DNA from: Eledone cirrhosa
Taxonomy: Eukaryota
Reading direction: 5' to 3'
Assembly: GCA_964016885.1 (NCBI GenBank)
Contig: OZ024754.1
Coordinates: 17,980,001-18,044,000 of the forward strand
DNA: 64,000 nt
Positions 1-14,789 of this stretch are shown here, piece by piece. Made by a program: the position numbers and the translations under genes. Each line of letters begins with the position of its first letter. The first letter of the stretch is position 1. The notes under the pieces were generated by a model that saw only the letters and a list, made by a program, of their open reading frames with translations, searched no databases and was not told the DNA's origin.

Positions 1-315
1 CACACACACATATATATATATATATACATATATACATGCACACACACACATACATACATGCACACACACACAGATATATACATATATACATGCACACACA
101 TACATATATCATCATCGTTTAACGTCCATATTCCACGCTTGCATATACACACACACATACATATACATACATGCACACACACATATATATATATATATAC
201 ATATATACATGCACACACACACATACATACATGCACACACACACAGATATATACATATATACATGCACACACATACATATATCATCATCGTTTAACGTCC
301 ATATTCCACGCTTGC

Positions 316-352
<37 letters not shown>

Positions 353-359
353 CACACAC

Positions 360-396
<37 letters not shown>

Positions 397-1276
397 CAAA
401 TAAAATTATCGAGAATCGGAACTTCGGCCCACGAAATAACGAAAAACAATCTTCGAAATGTGTGGCAAAGTGCTCAATGGTTTGGATAAACCAGAGCTAT
501 AACTAACGTTTAATACCAAACACACTGAGACGATGTTTAAACAATCATTCGCACAGCCAAAAAATACGATCAAGTAATTCGGGTCAAACAAATAAAAACA
601 TACATGATATATATACATATATATTTTAGAAATTAAAAAAAAAGTCATATTATAAAAAGGTGTCTTTATTTCATTCAGGACCTAGGGTTCAACAGTTTAA
701 ATAATGTAATAATGTTGGAGTAGTAGTGGTAGTAGTAATAATCATTATAATAATAGAAATAATTATTATGGTAATAATAGTTATATGTAATAATTAAGAG
801 CTGATCATAAAATACACAGCTCAATGCACACAATCTAATAATTTCAACAGACAGCCTGAATTCAATTCTACGAACACAATAGCAATTTTACATCAACAGA
901 TGTTGCAGGCAAATATTCCGACAGCAACTGTAACATATTCGATGCAGTATACATCAGGGCTAAAATGTATTAGCAAGTGACACCCAGGTTCTCTTTGATT
1001 TAAAAAAAAAGAGGAAAAAGGAGCAATTGTAATTGGGTAGAAAAAATTAGAAAATTAATTTTTAAAAAAATTAATAAAAAAAAAACACACCAAGAAAGAT
1101 ACATGCAAAATTCTATTTCAATATATATATATTTTTTAAAAGTAAATTTTAATTATCCAGCTGCAACTTTTAAACTAGTCTTAAGACTAATATAATTCCA
1201 ACAGCATTAAATACTGGGTTTTATTTTTTTCATTTTTACAAATCTGTTCATGTGTATTTCTTCTTATTTGACTGAT

Positions 1277-1975
1277 TGTGTGTGTATGATAGTAAGAGAG
1301 AGAGTGTGTGTATGTCTGTGAGAGAGAGAGAGAGAGAGAGTGTGTGTATGTCTGTGAGAGAGAGAGAGAGAGAGAGAGAGTGTGTGTATGTCTGTGTGTG
1401 TGTATGATAGTAAGAGTGTGTGTGTGAGAGAGAGAGAGAGAGTGTGTGTGTATGTGTGTGTTAGTGTGTGGGAGAGGGAGAGAGAGAGTGTGTGTGTTGC
1501 TTGTGTGTGTGGGAGAGAGAGAGTGAGTGTGTATGTGGGAGAGAGAGAGAGAGTGTGTGTTGCTTGTGTGTGTGGGAGAGAGAGAGTGTGTGTGTTAGTG
1601 TGTTGCTTGTGTGTGTGGGAGAGAGAGAGTGTGTGTGTTAGTGTGTTGCTTGTGTGTGTGGGAGAGAGTGTGTATGTGTGTGTTAGTGTGTGGGAGAGAG
1701 AGAGTGTGTGTGTGTGTGTGTGTTAGTGTGTTGCTTGTGTGTGTGGGAGAGAGAGTGAGTGTGTGTATGTGTGTGTGGGAGAGAGAGTGAGTGTGTGTGT
1801 ATGTGTGTGTGGGAGAGAGAGAGTGTGTGTGTGGGAGAGAGAGAGAGTGTGTGTGTATGTGTGTGTGGGAGAGAGAGAGAGAGAGTGTGTGTGTATGTGT
1901 GTGTGGGAGAGAGAGAGAGTGTGTGTGTATGTGTGTGTGGGAGAGAGAGAGAGAGTGTGTGTGTGTATGTGTGCA
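1277..1975. repeat. Compound (GT)n/(GA)n microsatellite-minisatellite
   Basis: Repeating gtgtgtatgtgtgtgtgggagagagaga blocks. Confidence 0.9.
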
Positions 1976-3201
1976 AATTTATAAGAATGTAAAAATCTAT
2001 ACTTGAATTCAACTTGCAGTCCTAGTAGATTTCTTCTCTACAGATTTAAAGTAGCTTAAAGAAAAATGTTTTACGAAGATGATCGGTTTACAAAGCTAAT
2101 GGATAAGCTGCTGTAAAGCACCAATCGAGAAAGATGGAGAAAGAGTGAGAGAGAGAGAGGGAGAGAGACAAAGAAAGATAGAGATAGAGATGTAAAAGAG
2201 AGAGAGAGGAAAAGCAAGAGAGAAGGAAAGTAAGAAGATGAGAGAGAGTAAAGGAAAGTAAGAAGATGAGAGAGAGTAAAAGAAAGAAAGAGACAAAACA
2301 ATAGAAGGAAAGAGAGGGCAAGAGAGAGAGAGATGTAAAAACTCAGGGTAGTTTTTGTTATATATAATAAATAAAATGACTGTTAGAAACCATCAAGAAA
2401 AGCTGAATCTAATATAAGGTTTTGTGGTTTATGTTTTCAATTGGTTCTATGGCTAAATGACATATTTACAAAAATCTTTTTTTTTTTTATTTTAACAATA
2501 ATAAATCAGTGTTTCTTTCTTTACACAAAGAGGCAAATATCCTTTGATAAATCACAATTTGATATCCAATTAGTGTTGGAATCCTAATCACGTCATTTCG
2601 TATCTCATTAGCAAAATAAGAAGTTGAAATATTTTTCAGGAACAATTGAAAAAAAAAAAATTTTTTTTAAATTAATTTTTTTTAGTGGGGATGGGGGTGA
2701 GGGGTGAAGAGGGGGAGGGGTTAAATCCTTTGAAATAGTTTTGCCAATGTTTTCTTTCTTCTTTTTATTTCAACTTTTTTTTTTGTTCAATGCTAATAAT
2801 CTTTGGAAGAGTAATAAACTCCATTTTTGTTTTTGGCATCTGTATGTCGCCTCACATCTCAGGTCAAGTTTTTCATCAAGTTATAAGCAGTTTTTTTTCT
2901 TTTTCATTTGTATAAAATAAATATAGTCAGATAGTTGATTATTTTCCAGATTCTCATTCTGTTTCTGTTCTTTCTGTTTTATTTATATATATTTTTTGTT
3001 TCTTTTTTCTTTTTTTTTTTTTTGGTAAAGGTGACTGAACAACTTAAATTGACCAGAGCTTGGAAAAGGGTTAGGGTGGACAAATGATATCCACAGTTTC
3101 TTGTCAACCACTGGCCAGTAATATCTCGATCATACACACACACACACATATATATATATGTGTATGTATGTATACATATATATTTATATATATAATATAT
3201 T

Positions 3202-3265
<64 letters not shown>

Positions 3266-3272
3266 ATATATT

Positions 3273-3338
<66 letters not shown>

Positions 3339-3349
3339 ATATAGTTATG

Positions 3350-3383
<34 letters not shown>

Positions 3384-3544
3384 TATTCATATATAATATG
3401 ATATATTTATGTATATATATATATATATATACATATATTTATATACAATATAATATATTTATGTATATATATACATATACATTTATATATAATATATATC
3501 TCTATATATATACATGTGTGTATATATAAATATATATATATATA

Positions 3545-3580
<36 letters not shown>

Positions 3581-3881
3581 GAGAGAGAAATTAGAGAGGG
3601 TTGTCGCCAAAGTATCAGATATGCTGACCTAGACATAATTTTGGTTTGAGTCTTCAAATACTCAAATATATATCAAAACATGCCTAGAAATATTGATATT
3701 GTTTTCATTCAGCTTTTATACATAATTCCCCATAAAACGACAAAAAAAAAAAAAAAAAAAAAATTTTTCTTAAAAATAAAAATAAAAACAACAAAAAAAA
3801 AGTGAGTTCATTCCAGTGAAATCTTTGTGAACCATTACATGAAAGGATATATATATATATATATATATATATAAAGGTGTA

Positions 3882-3930
<49 letters not shown>

Positions 3931-3998
3931 CTATGCATATGTATATATAAAAGTGTGTGTGTAAATAATGTGTGTGTTTATGTGTATGTGTGTGTGTG

Positions 3999-4048
<50 letters not shown>

Positions 4049-4812
4049 AATTTACAACAGCAATTATTCTGATAAATACAAAATACTACCTAGACTCCTA
4101 GTAGTCCCAAACTTTTTGCCATCAGCTTAAGTCTTCATAGTATTGTTTTTTTTAAGAAAGGAGGGGAAACTGCATGGTACCTCGTTCAGTAAAATAAGAT
4201 TTAAACCCTTGTCATCCGGGGTATGCATGCATTAGCTGCTGCTGTCCCTAGGGGAGTATATATATATAGAGAGAGATCTTATCCTAATGCACAATATCTT
4301 TTTTTTTTCTCATTTTTGTTTTAAAGAACAAAATGTGTTAAAATATTTAATAATGTCTATTTTAAAGAAGAACCAAACTAACCATTTTCTATATTAAAAC
4401 AGTGATTGTTGCTATTTTAAACATGATAAACTAAGTTTTAAAAGAATTTAAACTTCACTTCTATATCAGGCAAGCAAATCTGAAAAATTAAGTTCTATAT
4501 TTCAAAAATAGATAACGATGCAAGCCTCCTAATTAAAGGATTTTAATATGGTTAAAGTGAAGGCAGTTTTAAAAGAAAAAAAACTCAGAACTCCTCAATG
4601 AATGAAGAGTTAAATGAATAAAGATTAAGGATATTTTTCATGGTTACACAGCTACCATGGTAATAAAGAATAACGATCAGTTTAATGATCAACTATGAAA
4701 CTATCCTTTTATATCTAGATTTTTACAATTGTTTTTTCTCTAGCATGCTGATGTTTGTAATTATCAAGGCTGCGTTTTCTTTTCAAATAGCATGCATTGT
4801 AAACAGTAGCTT

Positions 4813-4871
<59 letters not shown>

Positions 4872-4972
4872 TAGATAGATAGATATATTATACATGATTA
4901 AAATTGTCACGAATATACATAACATCTCAATGAAAAGAGATCGTGAAAAGGATCTTATTCAGAGAAGCAAAT

Positions 4973-5192
4973 ATATATATAGAGAGAGTATCTTATACAT
5001 ATCACTGAAGTGTAGATTACAGTATAGTACTCAAAATAATACTCCACATTCAAGCAACCTAAATATAGGGACCCTATATTTAGGTTACTTGAATGTAAGT
5101 ATATCTCTAGGGAATGATGCTTGTGAAGTGCTCTTTTGAATACTTCACTGTAATCTACCCTTCAGTGATTTGTATAAGATACTCTCTCTATA
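4973..5192. repeat. Nested fold-back element
   Basis: Outer arms tatagagagagtatcttataca.atcactgaag.gtagattacagt / actgtaatctac.cttcagtgat.tgtataagatactctctctata. Inner hairpin acattcaag.aacctaaatatagg / cctatatttaggtt.cttgaatgt. Confidence 0.88.
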
Positions 5193-6144
5193 TACATATA
5201 TATATGAGATGTTACTAGTTAAATGACTAGTAAGACCATTATTAAACTTGGTACTCAATACTTTAACAAAAGCAGAGTGTAGATCTTTTTTTTACAGTTT
5301 AAGCCAAACAACTCAAATGTGGACCTGGCATGCAAAAAGCATGAGATTACAATTTCTTACACTTCAGTAAAAAAAATGAAGTGATTTTTGTTTTAACACA
5401 TTAACGCAAGACAATAATTGCTGTTAGTTTTATCTGAAAGGTTTATAGAGGAATAAAAAGATTACACTTCCACCCCTGTAGTTACTAAGCTTTGTTTGTA
5501 AACACTATTTCAATACACAATCCTTTATATATATACATTAATGTTAACCAGAAACATGGTAAAGCATTTTTTCATTAATGAAAGGACAATTGTTACAAAT
5601 TTACTATTTAAAGAGTTCAACAATCTAACAATTATATAAGAACGATAGAAATTGCATAAGATAATGAGTAATTGTAAGGAACTTGCAGTAGCAGCTGTTT
5701 TATGACAACATTGAGCTAGGTTTGATAGCCAAAATTCTACGAATCAACATTTTGTTTGGAAGGAAATGCAAATGTAATGGTAAGACAAATTTCATTGTTT
5801 TCAGAAACATTGCTGTTTTCAAAAAATTTAAATGGTTGACTATTCTTGGATAGCCATGTAGGAAAATAAAAGTTTCATATTGAAACAAAATGCATGAATT
5901 TGTCTCTTCAACTTCTAAATTGTGTTTTATTTTCCCTTTCCTTTTTTGATAAAAATCAAAAGAAATTTCTTGATATTCTAGAAAGGCTAATATACTAGAT
6001 TAAACAATTGCATGGATATAAGGTGATCTTTTGAAAAATTGATCAGAATTTTCACACAGGTTACCGGGTTTAGGCTCTTTTTTTTTTTCTTTTCTTTTAG
6101 AATCCAAGAAGATTCTTAGAAAGTTCAAATGTTTCAAAGATGTG

Positions 6145-6206
<62 letters not shown>

Positions 6207-7306
6207 AAAATAGTTTCTATTAGCTGGGTTAGCAAACGGTGAGAGTTACAAAAATTGTATATTTTGTGATATGTGCAACTTTGACATTTGTAAGAATTTT
6301 ATTATACCCAGCCAACAGCTGCAGCTAGAATCAGTGAGTGATTTACAAGAGGGAAGTGTGTGGTATGTGATGGTGGTGGTGTGTGTATGTAGTAACCATT
6401 GTGCAGAATCCACATCATGTAACTCAAAAGATTATTTAAATATTTACACAAATAAAATCAGTGGAATGAACACTCCCCACACCTACTGTGAAGTGATATT
6501 AGCTTTTCCTCATAATATTTTGCACTGGGAGAAAGGAAATTATTATTATCATTATTATTATTATTATTATCATTATTAATAATAATAATAACAACAACAA
6601 CAAAGAATCAACAAAGACAATAACAAGAACAACAGCAACAACAACAAAATAAATGGTGTAAAGAATATTTGTGTAGTGCAGGTTTCATTCATTCGGTAAA
6701 TAAAATAAAATTTGAAATGTTTGAGTGAGAGTGCTTCATCAGTTCATGCAAACCTGAAGATTGACGTGAAAGAATCGGTCATTCTAGCAGAGTGGCAATA
6801 ACAAAGAAGGGATGGGAAATACCAATATTTAAGCTGAATATCAAATCTTGTTTATTTTAATTATTAATAATCAAACAAGATTTACATAGTTCATAGAAAG
6901 GATAAATATTAGAGCTCTATGTAAAAAAAGAAATATGAAATATTTAAATTTCACTTTTTTCCAATAAGGAAAAAAAAAACTTTCATTTTATTCTTTTAAA
7001 ATTTAATTAGTCTTTTCATGAGAAAAGACAACCTAATAACTTTATAACAACTGTATAGTTAAAGAATTATGCAGATTTATTCTGAAAATAATGGTAAAAA
7101 GTCTAAATGTTCATGTCTGAGATGGAGACAAAAAGGAAGAAGTTTAGATAATGTCTTTATAAAAAATATGCCTTTTGTGTTGAAGGAAAGCATTTGACAT
7201 AAGCTACAAAGTATTTTGTTTATTAGTTGAAATAAATATTGTATCCAAAAATAAAATTAAAATAAAAACAAAAACAAGAGAAAAGCAAGCTGTCAGTTCA
7301 CATTCC

Positions 7307-7337
<31 letters not shown>

Positions 7338-9359
7338 TATTATTATTAACAATGTAATGTAAAATAGTACCAGAGTAGTAATTGTCAGTCTGTGTCCACA
7401 GCAAATGAATAATTAAGAAACAAATCACTGATTGAACTGTCTTTTTTTTTCACAGAATATTATTATACAGAACACCTTAAGTAATGAATTTGTTAGACTA
7501 ACTGTAAACATTTAATGCTTCTTTTTGGGGGATAAGTTAAAGGTGAAATGTGTCTTCAGAGAGTACATCTGTTGAACAACAATGAAATAATGATATTATT
7601 TAGGTATAATCATTTTTTTTTTCTTTTCAATATAAATATAAGTAAAAAGAAAACCAATATCTGACTTAGATATCTTCATAATAACTTTCCATTTAGTGTA
7701 AATGGCTTTTGTAAATATATCTAACAGTTTAGATTCACATCATAACATCATGTTAAATATCAGAGGAAAGTTAAAACAAATGACATAGATAGCTAGACTA
7801 TTTTGTTTTGACCAAAGCATAATGTACCTGAATTACTAGTTAATATTATCTGCAGATAATATTTAAATAAATAAATAAAATAAATAGATAGATAACAACC
7901 CCCAAAGAAACCCCAGAAAACATAACCCTGAGATTTAAGATATCCCATACACACTTAAACACATACCAACATTCATGCACCAAGCACAGAACATAATTTT
8001 AACAACTTAAATCTGTACCCGTTTTGTGAGCCGAATTAGTTTGGGTAGAAATAATAGCTTATCTTAACAGACAAGTAATGGATCTAATAAGTGCTTAAAT
8101 ATATAAGACACTAAGTAAAAAAAATGCATTAATAATGTCACTCATCTGGGAGTGATTGCATACCTTTATGGTCCACATGATAAAAGCCAGCACTATTGTA
8201 ACAAAAGAACTAAATCTATTGAAATACATAGCCATCTATCATTTGGAAATAGTTACAGTTAGTCTTATATTTTGGAGAAATTGCTATTATTATTATTAAA
8301 AAAATAATTTATTTAGCCTTGATTTATTTAGATGCAAGAAAACCATTACAATAAGCTATATAAGATGACAAAGAAAAGCATTACATCAAGCTATACGAAA
8401 TAAATTATTATACTGAGCTATATAAGGTAAATTATTATCTAGGAGCTATATAAAATAAATTATATTGAGCTATAAAAAATAAATTATTAAGTCAAGCTAT
8501 ATAAGATAAATTATTAGCTAGAAGGTATATAAAATAAATTATTAACTAGGTACTATATAAAATACATTTTTATATTGAGCTATATAAGATATATTATTAG
8601 CTAGGAGCTATATAAAATAAATTATTAAGTCAAGCTATATGAGATAAATATGGCAACAAAGACTACATCAAATAAATGAAACTCATATGGAAAAACCGGA
8701 AAAATCTGAACAGAACTGGTTGAAATTCAAATACAGTGATTGGCTGTTTCTTAATAATGTGACTTTAAGTTCACAAAGGCTTCTGAAGACTATTTGTAAT
8801 GTTGGCAATGGTGTTCTGATATAATCAAATGCATTGCACAATTTAGCTGGAAGTATATATATTTTTTACTAGAATATCTGTGATGAGGCAAAGTAGCCAA
8901 TACAAAATTAGATTTGGTAATGATCAAAGACAACTGACTCCAACAGTTTTATACAAAAGAAACTCAATTGAAAAGTAGAATATTAGATTTCAAAACCTTC
9001 TCTTCAATTTTAAAGTAGTGCCACATTAAAACCCAAACAATTTTATTTAAAAAAAAACAAAGTTATATTTGTAACATGACTTTAAATCACACTTTAAAGA
9101 AAGTTAAAAGAGGTAATTATCTGCCCTTGGAAAGAACAGTTGATTTAATAATCAAATAGAAATTAATGTTACAATAAAGAGCAAAGGTGACTTAGTGAGA
9201 TCATGACTATGATGATAAGATAAATAAAAAGGAGAGTACCATTGGTAATGTTGTTTTATGTTATTTACTAGTTGTTTGTTTATGTTTATGTTGATTATAG
9301 GCAGTTTTCATACTTGGAGAATATGTTGAGATAAAATTACTTAAAATCAAGCAACAGCT

Positions 9360-11240
9360 ATATGTACAGTATAATATTAGACTTCTAACTCTGTACAGTA
9401 TAGATTAGACCACTAACACTGTACAATAGAGATTAGACCATTAACTCTGTACAGTATAATATTAGATTTCTAACAATGTACAGTATATTAGGGTTAGACC
9501 ACTAACTCTGTACAGTATATTAGGGTTAGACCACTAACTCTGTACAGTATATTAGGGTTAGACCACTAACACTGTACAGTATATTAGGATTAGACCACTA
9601 ACTCTGTACAGTATATTAGGGTTAGACCACTAACTCTGTACAGTATATTAGGGTTAGACCACTAACACTGTACAGTATATTAGGATTAGACCACTAACTC
9701 TGTACAGTATATTAGGGTTAGACCACTAACTCTGTACAGTATATTAGGGTTAGACCACTAACTCTGTACAGTATATTAGGGTTAGACCACTAACTCTGTA
9801 CAGTATATTAGGGTTAGACCACTAACTCTGTACAGTATATTAGGGTTAGACCACTAACTCTGTACAGTATATTAGGGTTAGACCACTAACACTGTACAGT
9901 ATATTAGGATTAGACCACTAACTCTGTACAGTATATTAGGGTTAGACCACTAACTCTGTACAGTATATTAGGGTTAGACCACTAACACTGTACAGTATAT
10001 TAGGATTAGACCACTAACTCTGTACAGTATATTAGGGTTAGACCACTAACTCTGTACAGTATATTAGGGTTAGACCACTAACTCTGTACAGTATATTAGG
10101 ATTAGACCACTAACTCTGTACAGTATATTAGGGTTAGACCACTAACACTGTACAGTATATTAGGGTTAGACCACTAACTCTGTACAGTATATTAGGGTTA
10201 GACCACTAACTCTGTACAGTATATTAGGGTTAGACCACTAACTCTGTACAGTATATTAGGGTTAGACCACTAACACTGTACAGTATATTAGGATTAGACC
10301 ACTAACTCTGTACAGTATATTAGGGTTAGACCACTAACTCTGTACAGTATATTAGGGTTAGACCACTAACTCTGTACAGTATATTAGGATTAGACCACTA
10401 ACTCTGTACAGTATATTAGGGTTAGACCACTAACTCTGTACAGTATATTAGGGTTAGACCACTAACTCTGTACAGTATATTAGGGTTAGACCACTAACTC
10501 TGTACAGTATATTAGGGTTAGACCACTAACTCTGTACAGTATATTAGGGTTAGACCACTAACTCTGTACAGTATATTAGGGTTAGACCACTAACTCTGTA
10601 CAGTATATTAGGGTTCAACCACTAACACTGTACAGTATATTAGGATTAGACCACTAACTCTGTACAGTATATTAGGATTAGACCACTAACACTGTACAGT
10701 ATATTAGGGTTAGACCACTAACACTGTACAGTATATTAGGGTTAGACCACTAACTCTGTACAGTATATTAGGGTTCAACCACTAACACTGTACAGTATAT
10801 TAGGGTTCAACCACTAACACTGTACAGTATATTAGGGTTAGACCACTAACTCTGTACAGTATATTAGGGTTAGACCACTAACACTGTACAGTATATTAGG
10901 GTTAGACCACTAACTCTGTACAGTATATTAGGGTTAGACCACTAACTCTGTACAGTATATTAGGGTTAGACCACTAACTCTGTACAGTATATTAGGGTTA
11001 GACCACTAACTCTGTACAGTATATTAGGGTTAGACCACTAACTCTGTACAGTATATTAGGGTTAGACCACTAACACTGTACAGTATATTAGGGTTAGACC
11101 ACTAACACTGTACAGTATATTAGGGTTAGACCACTAACTCTGTACAGTATATTAGGGTTCAACCACTAACACTGTACAGTATATTAGGGTTAGACCACTA
11201 ACTCTGTACAGTATAATATTAAACCACTAACTCTGTACAT
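9360..11240. repeat. 32-bp tandem satellite/minisatellite containing TTAGGG
   Basis: Unit tgtacagtatattagggttagaccactaactc. About 54 near-identical copies at 9477-11213, with degenerate units at both edges. Confidence 0.97.
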
Positions 11241-11585
11241 AAATTGTGGTGTATAAGTCAACTTTTTAAACCAGAAAAATGTTCTTCAAAACTAAGGATC
11301 AACTTATAAGATGAGGATGTAATGTAAATCTTTATGAACATGTGGTAGACAAGTTATATAGAGGGCTACATGTAGTTGGTGACACCAGTGGCTGTTTCTT
11401 TAAATCAATGATGTAAATGGCAAACAGGAACAGTTTCCTTATGTATATATAGGTGTATAAGTATGATTTAATATATAATAAACAGTGTATATATATTATA
11501 GTCTGCAGAACAATGCTGTACTATATAATATACAGTATACATATTAGAGTAGTCAGAACAATGCTGTGAAAATCATTAATACATA

Positions 11586-11621
<36 letters not shown>

Positions 11622-12181
11622 ATAAGTGTACAACCATGTTTTACTATATAATATACAGTATATATATCATAGTCTTTAGTTAGAACAATGCTGTGAAAAA
11701 CTATCAATAAGTACAGTATATACATATGTGCAATCTTGCCATTTTAAATGAGTATTTTAAGCTCAGTAAAATTTTATGAACATTTGGACATGTGTATAAT
11801 ACGAATTCCATTTTCCCCTCAATTTTTAGTTCAAAACTTTTCACATTATACATGAGAAGATACAATACTAACTTTTATTTTACATTTTCAATTTGTTTTT
11901 ATTACTTAGCTTAATTGAAATAGTGAAAATAGCTAATGTGTTTGACTTAAACGAAACAAAATTAACCATGATAAATTCTTCTAAGAATCGAATCCTTCTT
12001 GGGTCACTAAACACAGCCCCCAAAATAAAACTTCACTTAATGTAACAGTCACTATTGAATTGAATAGTTTTAAAGCATCTTCTTCAAAACTAGATGACTT
12101 CTTATGTTTATTATGTGTAAAGAGCACCATCTGAATATCAAAATGTGCACACTCTATAAATATATGTATAAACATATAAAT

Positions 12182-12440
12182 GATGATGATGATGGCTGCA
12201 ACTCGATTTCAAGTAATGCAATCGCTTGATACTTAAGCATGAGCATCACAGACATGGCTTTTTAGTCCAGCTAGGGACTTGCCTATGGCCAGCAATACAA
12301 CGCATCTCAAAAATTGTCACATATCAAGCGATGTTTGTGCTTGAAGCTTTTTTAAGTGAGGAAAGGCTTTGCACGGGGCCAATCCCACTCTCTGAACATC
12401 GAATGCATTTGCCCCAAAAGAAGAAGTGGTCTACATCATC
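12182..12440 (-). mobile_element. Short 5'-truncated RTE-like LINE insertion with 15-bp TSD
   Basis: Flanked by tataaacatataaat at 12167-12181 and 12441-12455. Has a (CAT)n tail. Encodes GKSLAGLKSHVCDAH, resembling an RTE C-terminal zinc-finger remnant. Confidence 0.7.
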
Positions 12441-13282
12441 TATAAACATATAAATACATTAATATATACATACATACATACATCTATATATACAATGCTA
12501 CTATAGTGAAATCTTTATAATCTTTTATATTGGACTGCTACACTGTACTAACACAGTAGCAAATAACCAATGGGGGGGTAGGGCGGGGGTAAACTGTATG
12601 AGGGGTGGAGGCTACATCATATTTTTGATTTTGTGTTTCAACTAACATTTAATGACACCAATTCTTTGTTTCAAACAAAATAATACTGTTATAATCTTTA
12701 AATGTATATATATATATACAATCATACATACACGTGTGTGTATATACATATAATATATGTGTATGTGTAAATATATATGTGTGTGTGTGTGTATGCATGT
12801 ATATATATATTGGTTTTTTGACTAAAGAATTGGGTGCTAAAACCTGCATGTGACTTATATACCAATCCTTGCTCTTACTTCAAAACTTCACAGCCCTTAC
12901 TAACTTACACAGAAGCACTGAGTATGCAGAATGAGTAGGTTATATCAATATCCCCCCCCCCCCCTATGAACATTAGCAATGTTTTCTTCTGGTCAGCCGT
13001 AACCCTAACAATACCTATTATCTGTCAGTCATTCAGTAATAGTGTTTTAAAAGAACCAATTTGTTTCAGACATAAAAAACACATTGCTATGAAACCTATG
13101 GTTCTGGAACTTTGCCAGACTGTATTGGCAATGATTGGGATTATTTTAGCTAATTCAAACACAACCACAAGCAAATCTGCAAACACTATTGCCCATTGAA
13201 TAAAAACAATTTATTTTGGGGGTGAAAGGCTAAAGTCAAAATATTCTAAATATGAAGTGGGTGTAACTTTTCTGCTGTAACG

Positions 13283-13365
13283 TCATCATCATCATTTTAC
13301 GCCTGCTTTTCCCTGCTTGCAAGGGTGGGACAGGTCCTATTCAGCACATCATCTCTCCGCTTGTC
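13283..13365 (-). mobile_element. Isolated RTE 3'-end fragment (similar copies at ~17744-17805 and ~42964-43020)
   Basis: catcatcattttacgcctgcttttccctgcttgcaagggtgggac matches the 3' end of the RTE at 40267-40316. Confidence 0.8.
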
Positions 13366-13367
13366 AC

Positions 13368-13446
<79 letters not shown>

Positions 13447-14626
13447 CAGTAGGTAGAATATAAATATAAATATATATATATATCATACATATAGGGCAGC
13501 TGATGGATGAAATCTTTAGAGCATCAGAAGAAAAATGCATTTGGTAATTGTTCTGGCTATTTACATTCGGCATTCAAATCTCGCCAAGATCAATATTACC
13601 GTTCATCCTTCCAAGACTGATTGATAGTACACAGTACCAGTACCTGTCATGTGCTAGGGTTAATGTAATCAACTAAATATAAGGAGCTGGAATGCCTGAG
13701 GCAGTCAGATTTTATCTTCAACATAGTTCAGATTATATCTTCGATGACATTGACGTGAAGATATATTGGACAACACTAATGGCATAGAAAGGTTTAATTT
13801 GCAGCAGGAATAACTACTTTTATACAACCCAGGCGGACAATTCTGTGTACTACTAATCTTCCATACAACCATGGTCAGTTCTCTGCATGAGGAGAAGATT
13901 ATTCTGTGTGCCACTGGTCTTCCATACAATCATAGCCAAGTCATCAGTGTTATGGAGAAGATTATTCTGTGTATTATTTTAGCATGATCTCGAGACATAT
14001 TGATGCCAAACAATATACATACTATATATATACACACACACATACATATATTTACATATAATATACATGCTTAGACAATATAACTAATACATATAATTCA
14101 GTATTAAATTGCCTTTTATAAAGATTTGTGCAAAAATTTAAAATTGAGATAAAGAATGTTGAAATTCCATGGTTAGACCAGTTGATGGTGGTCGTTTTAC
14201 TGGTATGATCAGTAATTCTAATAAAACGTGCTTATCAAGTTTTAAACTAAATTAGAGTGGTCATGTCACAAGTTTTCTATAAATTCAAACTCAGTTTGAA
14301 AACCCCATTAGATTATTAACAATACACACACACACAATATATATGTTGGTACCACCACCAGATATTCACTGAATCACATACACTATAAATATATAAATAT
14401 ATATATATATACATACATACATATATATATATAGTACTTCGTCGGATACCATTTAGGGAATCACAACATGGAGTGCTTAAGCTGGAACACACCATAGATT
14501 GTTGACCTAAAAAAAAATCAACAACAAATTACCATATGTATATATATATCAGATAGGGTGTGGTAAAATACCAGGTGGACCCATAACCCACCAGAGTACT
14601 CAATACTTGGGGTAGTAGAGTGGGTA

Positions 14627-14745
14627 ATATGAAAAGATTCAAGACCCCGATGGCTGAGCTCCAGCCGTTTCGACAGCTAGATCCAAACTCAGTTCAGATC
14701 TAGCTGTCAAAATGGCCGGAGCTCAGCCATCGGGGTCCTGAATCT

Positions 14746-14753
<8 letters not shown>
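14627..14753. repeat. Near-perfect hairpin (~58-bp arms) next to (TA)n
   Basis: atatgaaaagattcaagaccccgatggctgagctcc...cagctagatc / gatctagctg...ggagctcagccatcggggtcctgaatcttttcatat. Confidence 0.92.

Positions 14754-14789
<36 letters not shown>

Noticed and set aside
9477-11213. CRISPR-like array (32-bp partly palindromic repeat)
   Set aside because: Units are head-to-tail with no unique spacers, there are no cas genes, and the context is eukaryotic.
14627-14753. Pre-miRNA or hammerhead interpretation of the hairpin
   Set aside because: No recognisable miRNA and no CUGANGA box. It fits the TA-associated fold-back class. Small-RNA data would be needed.
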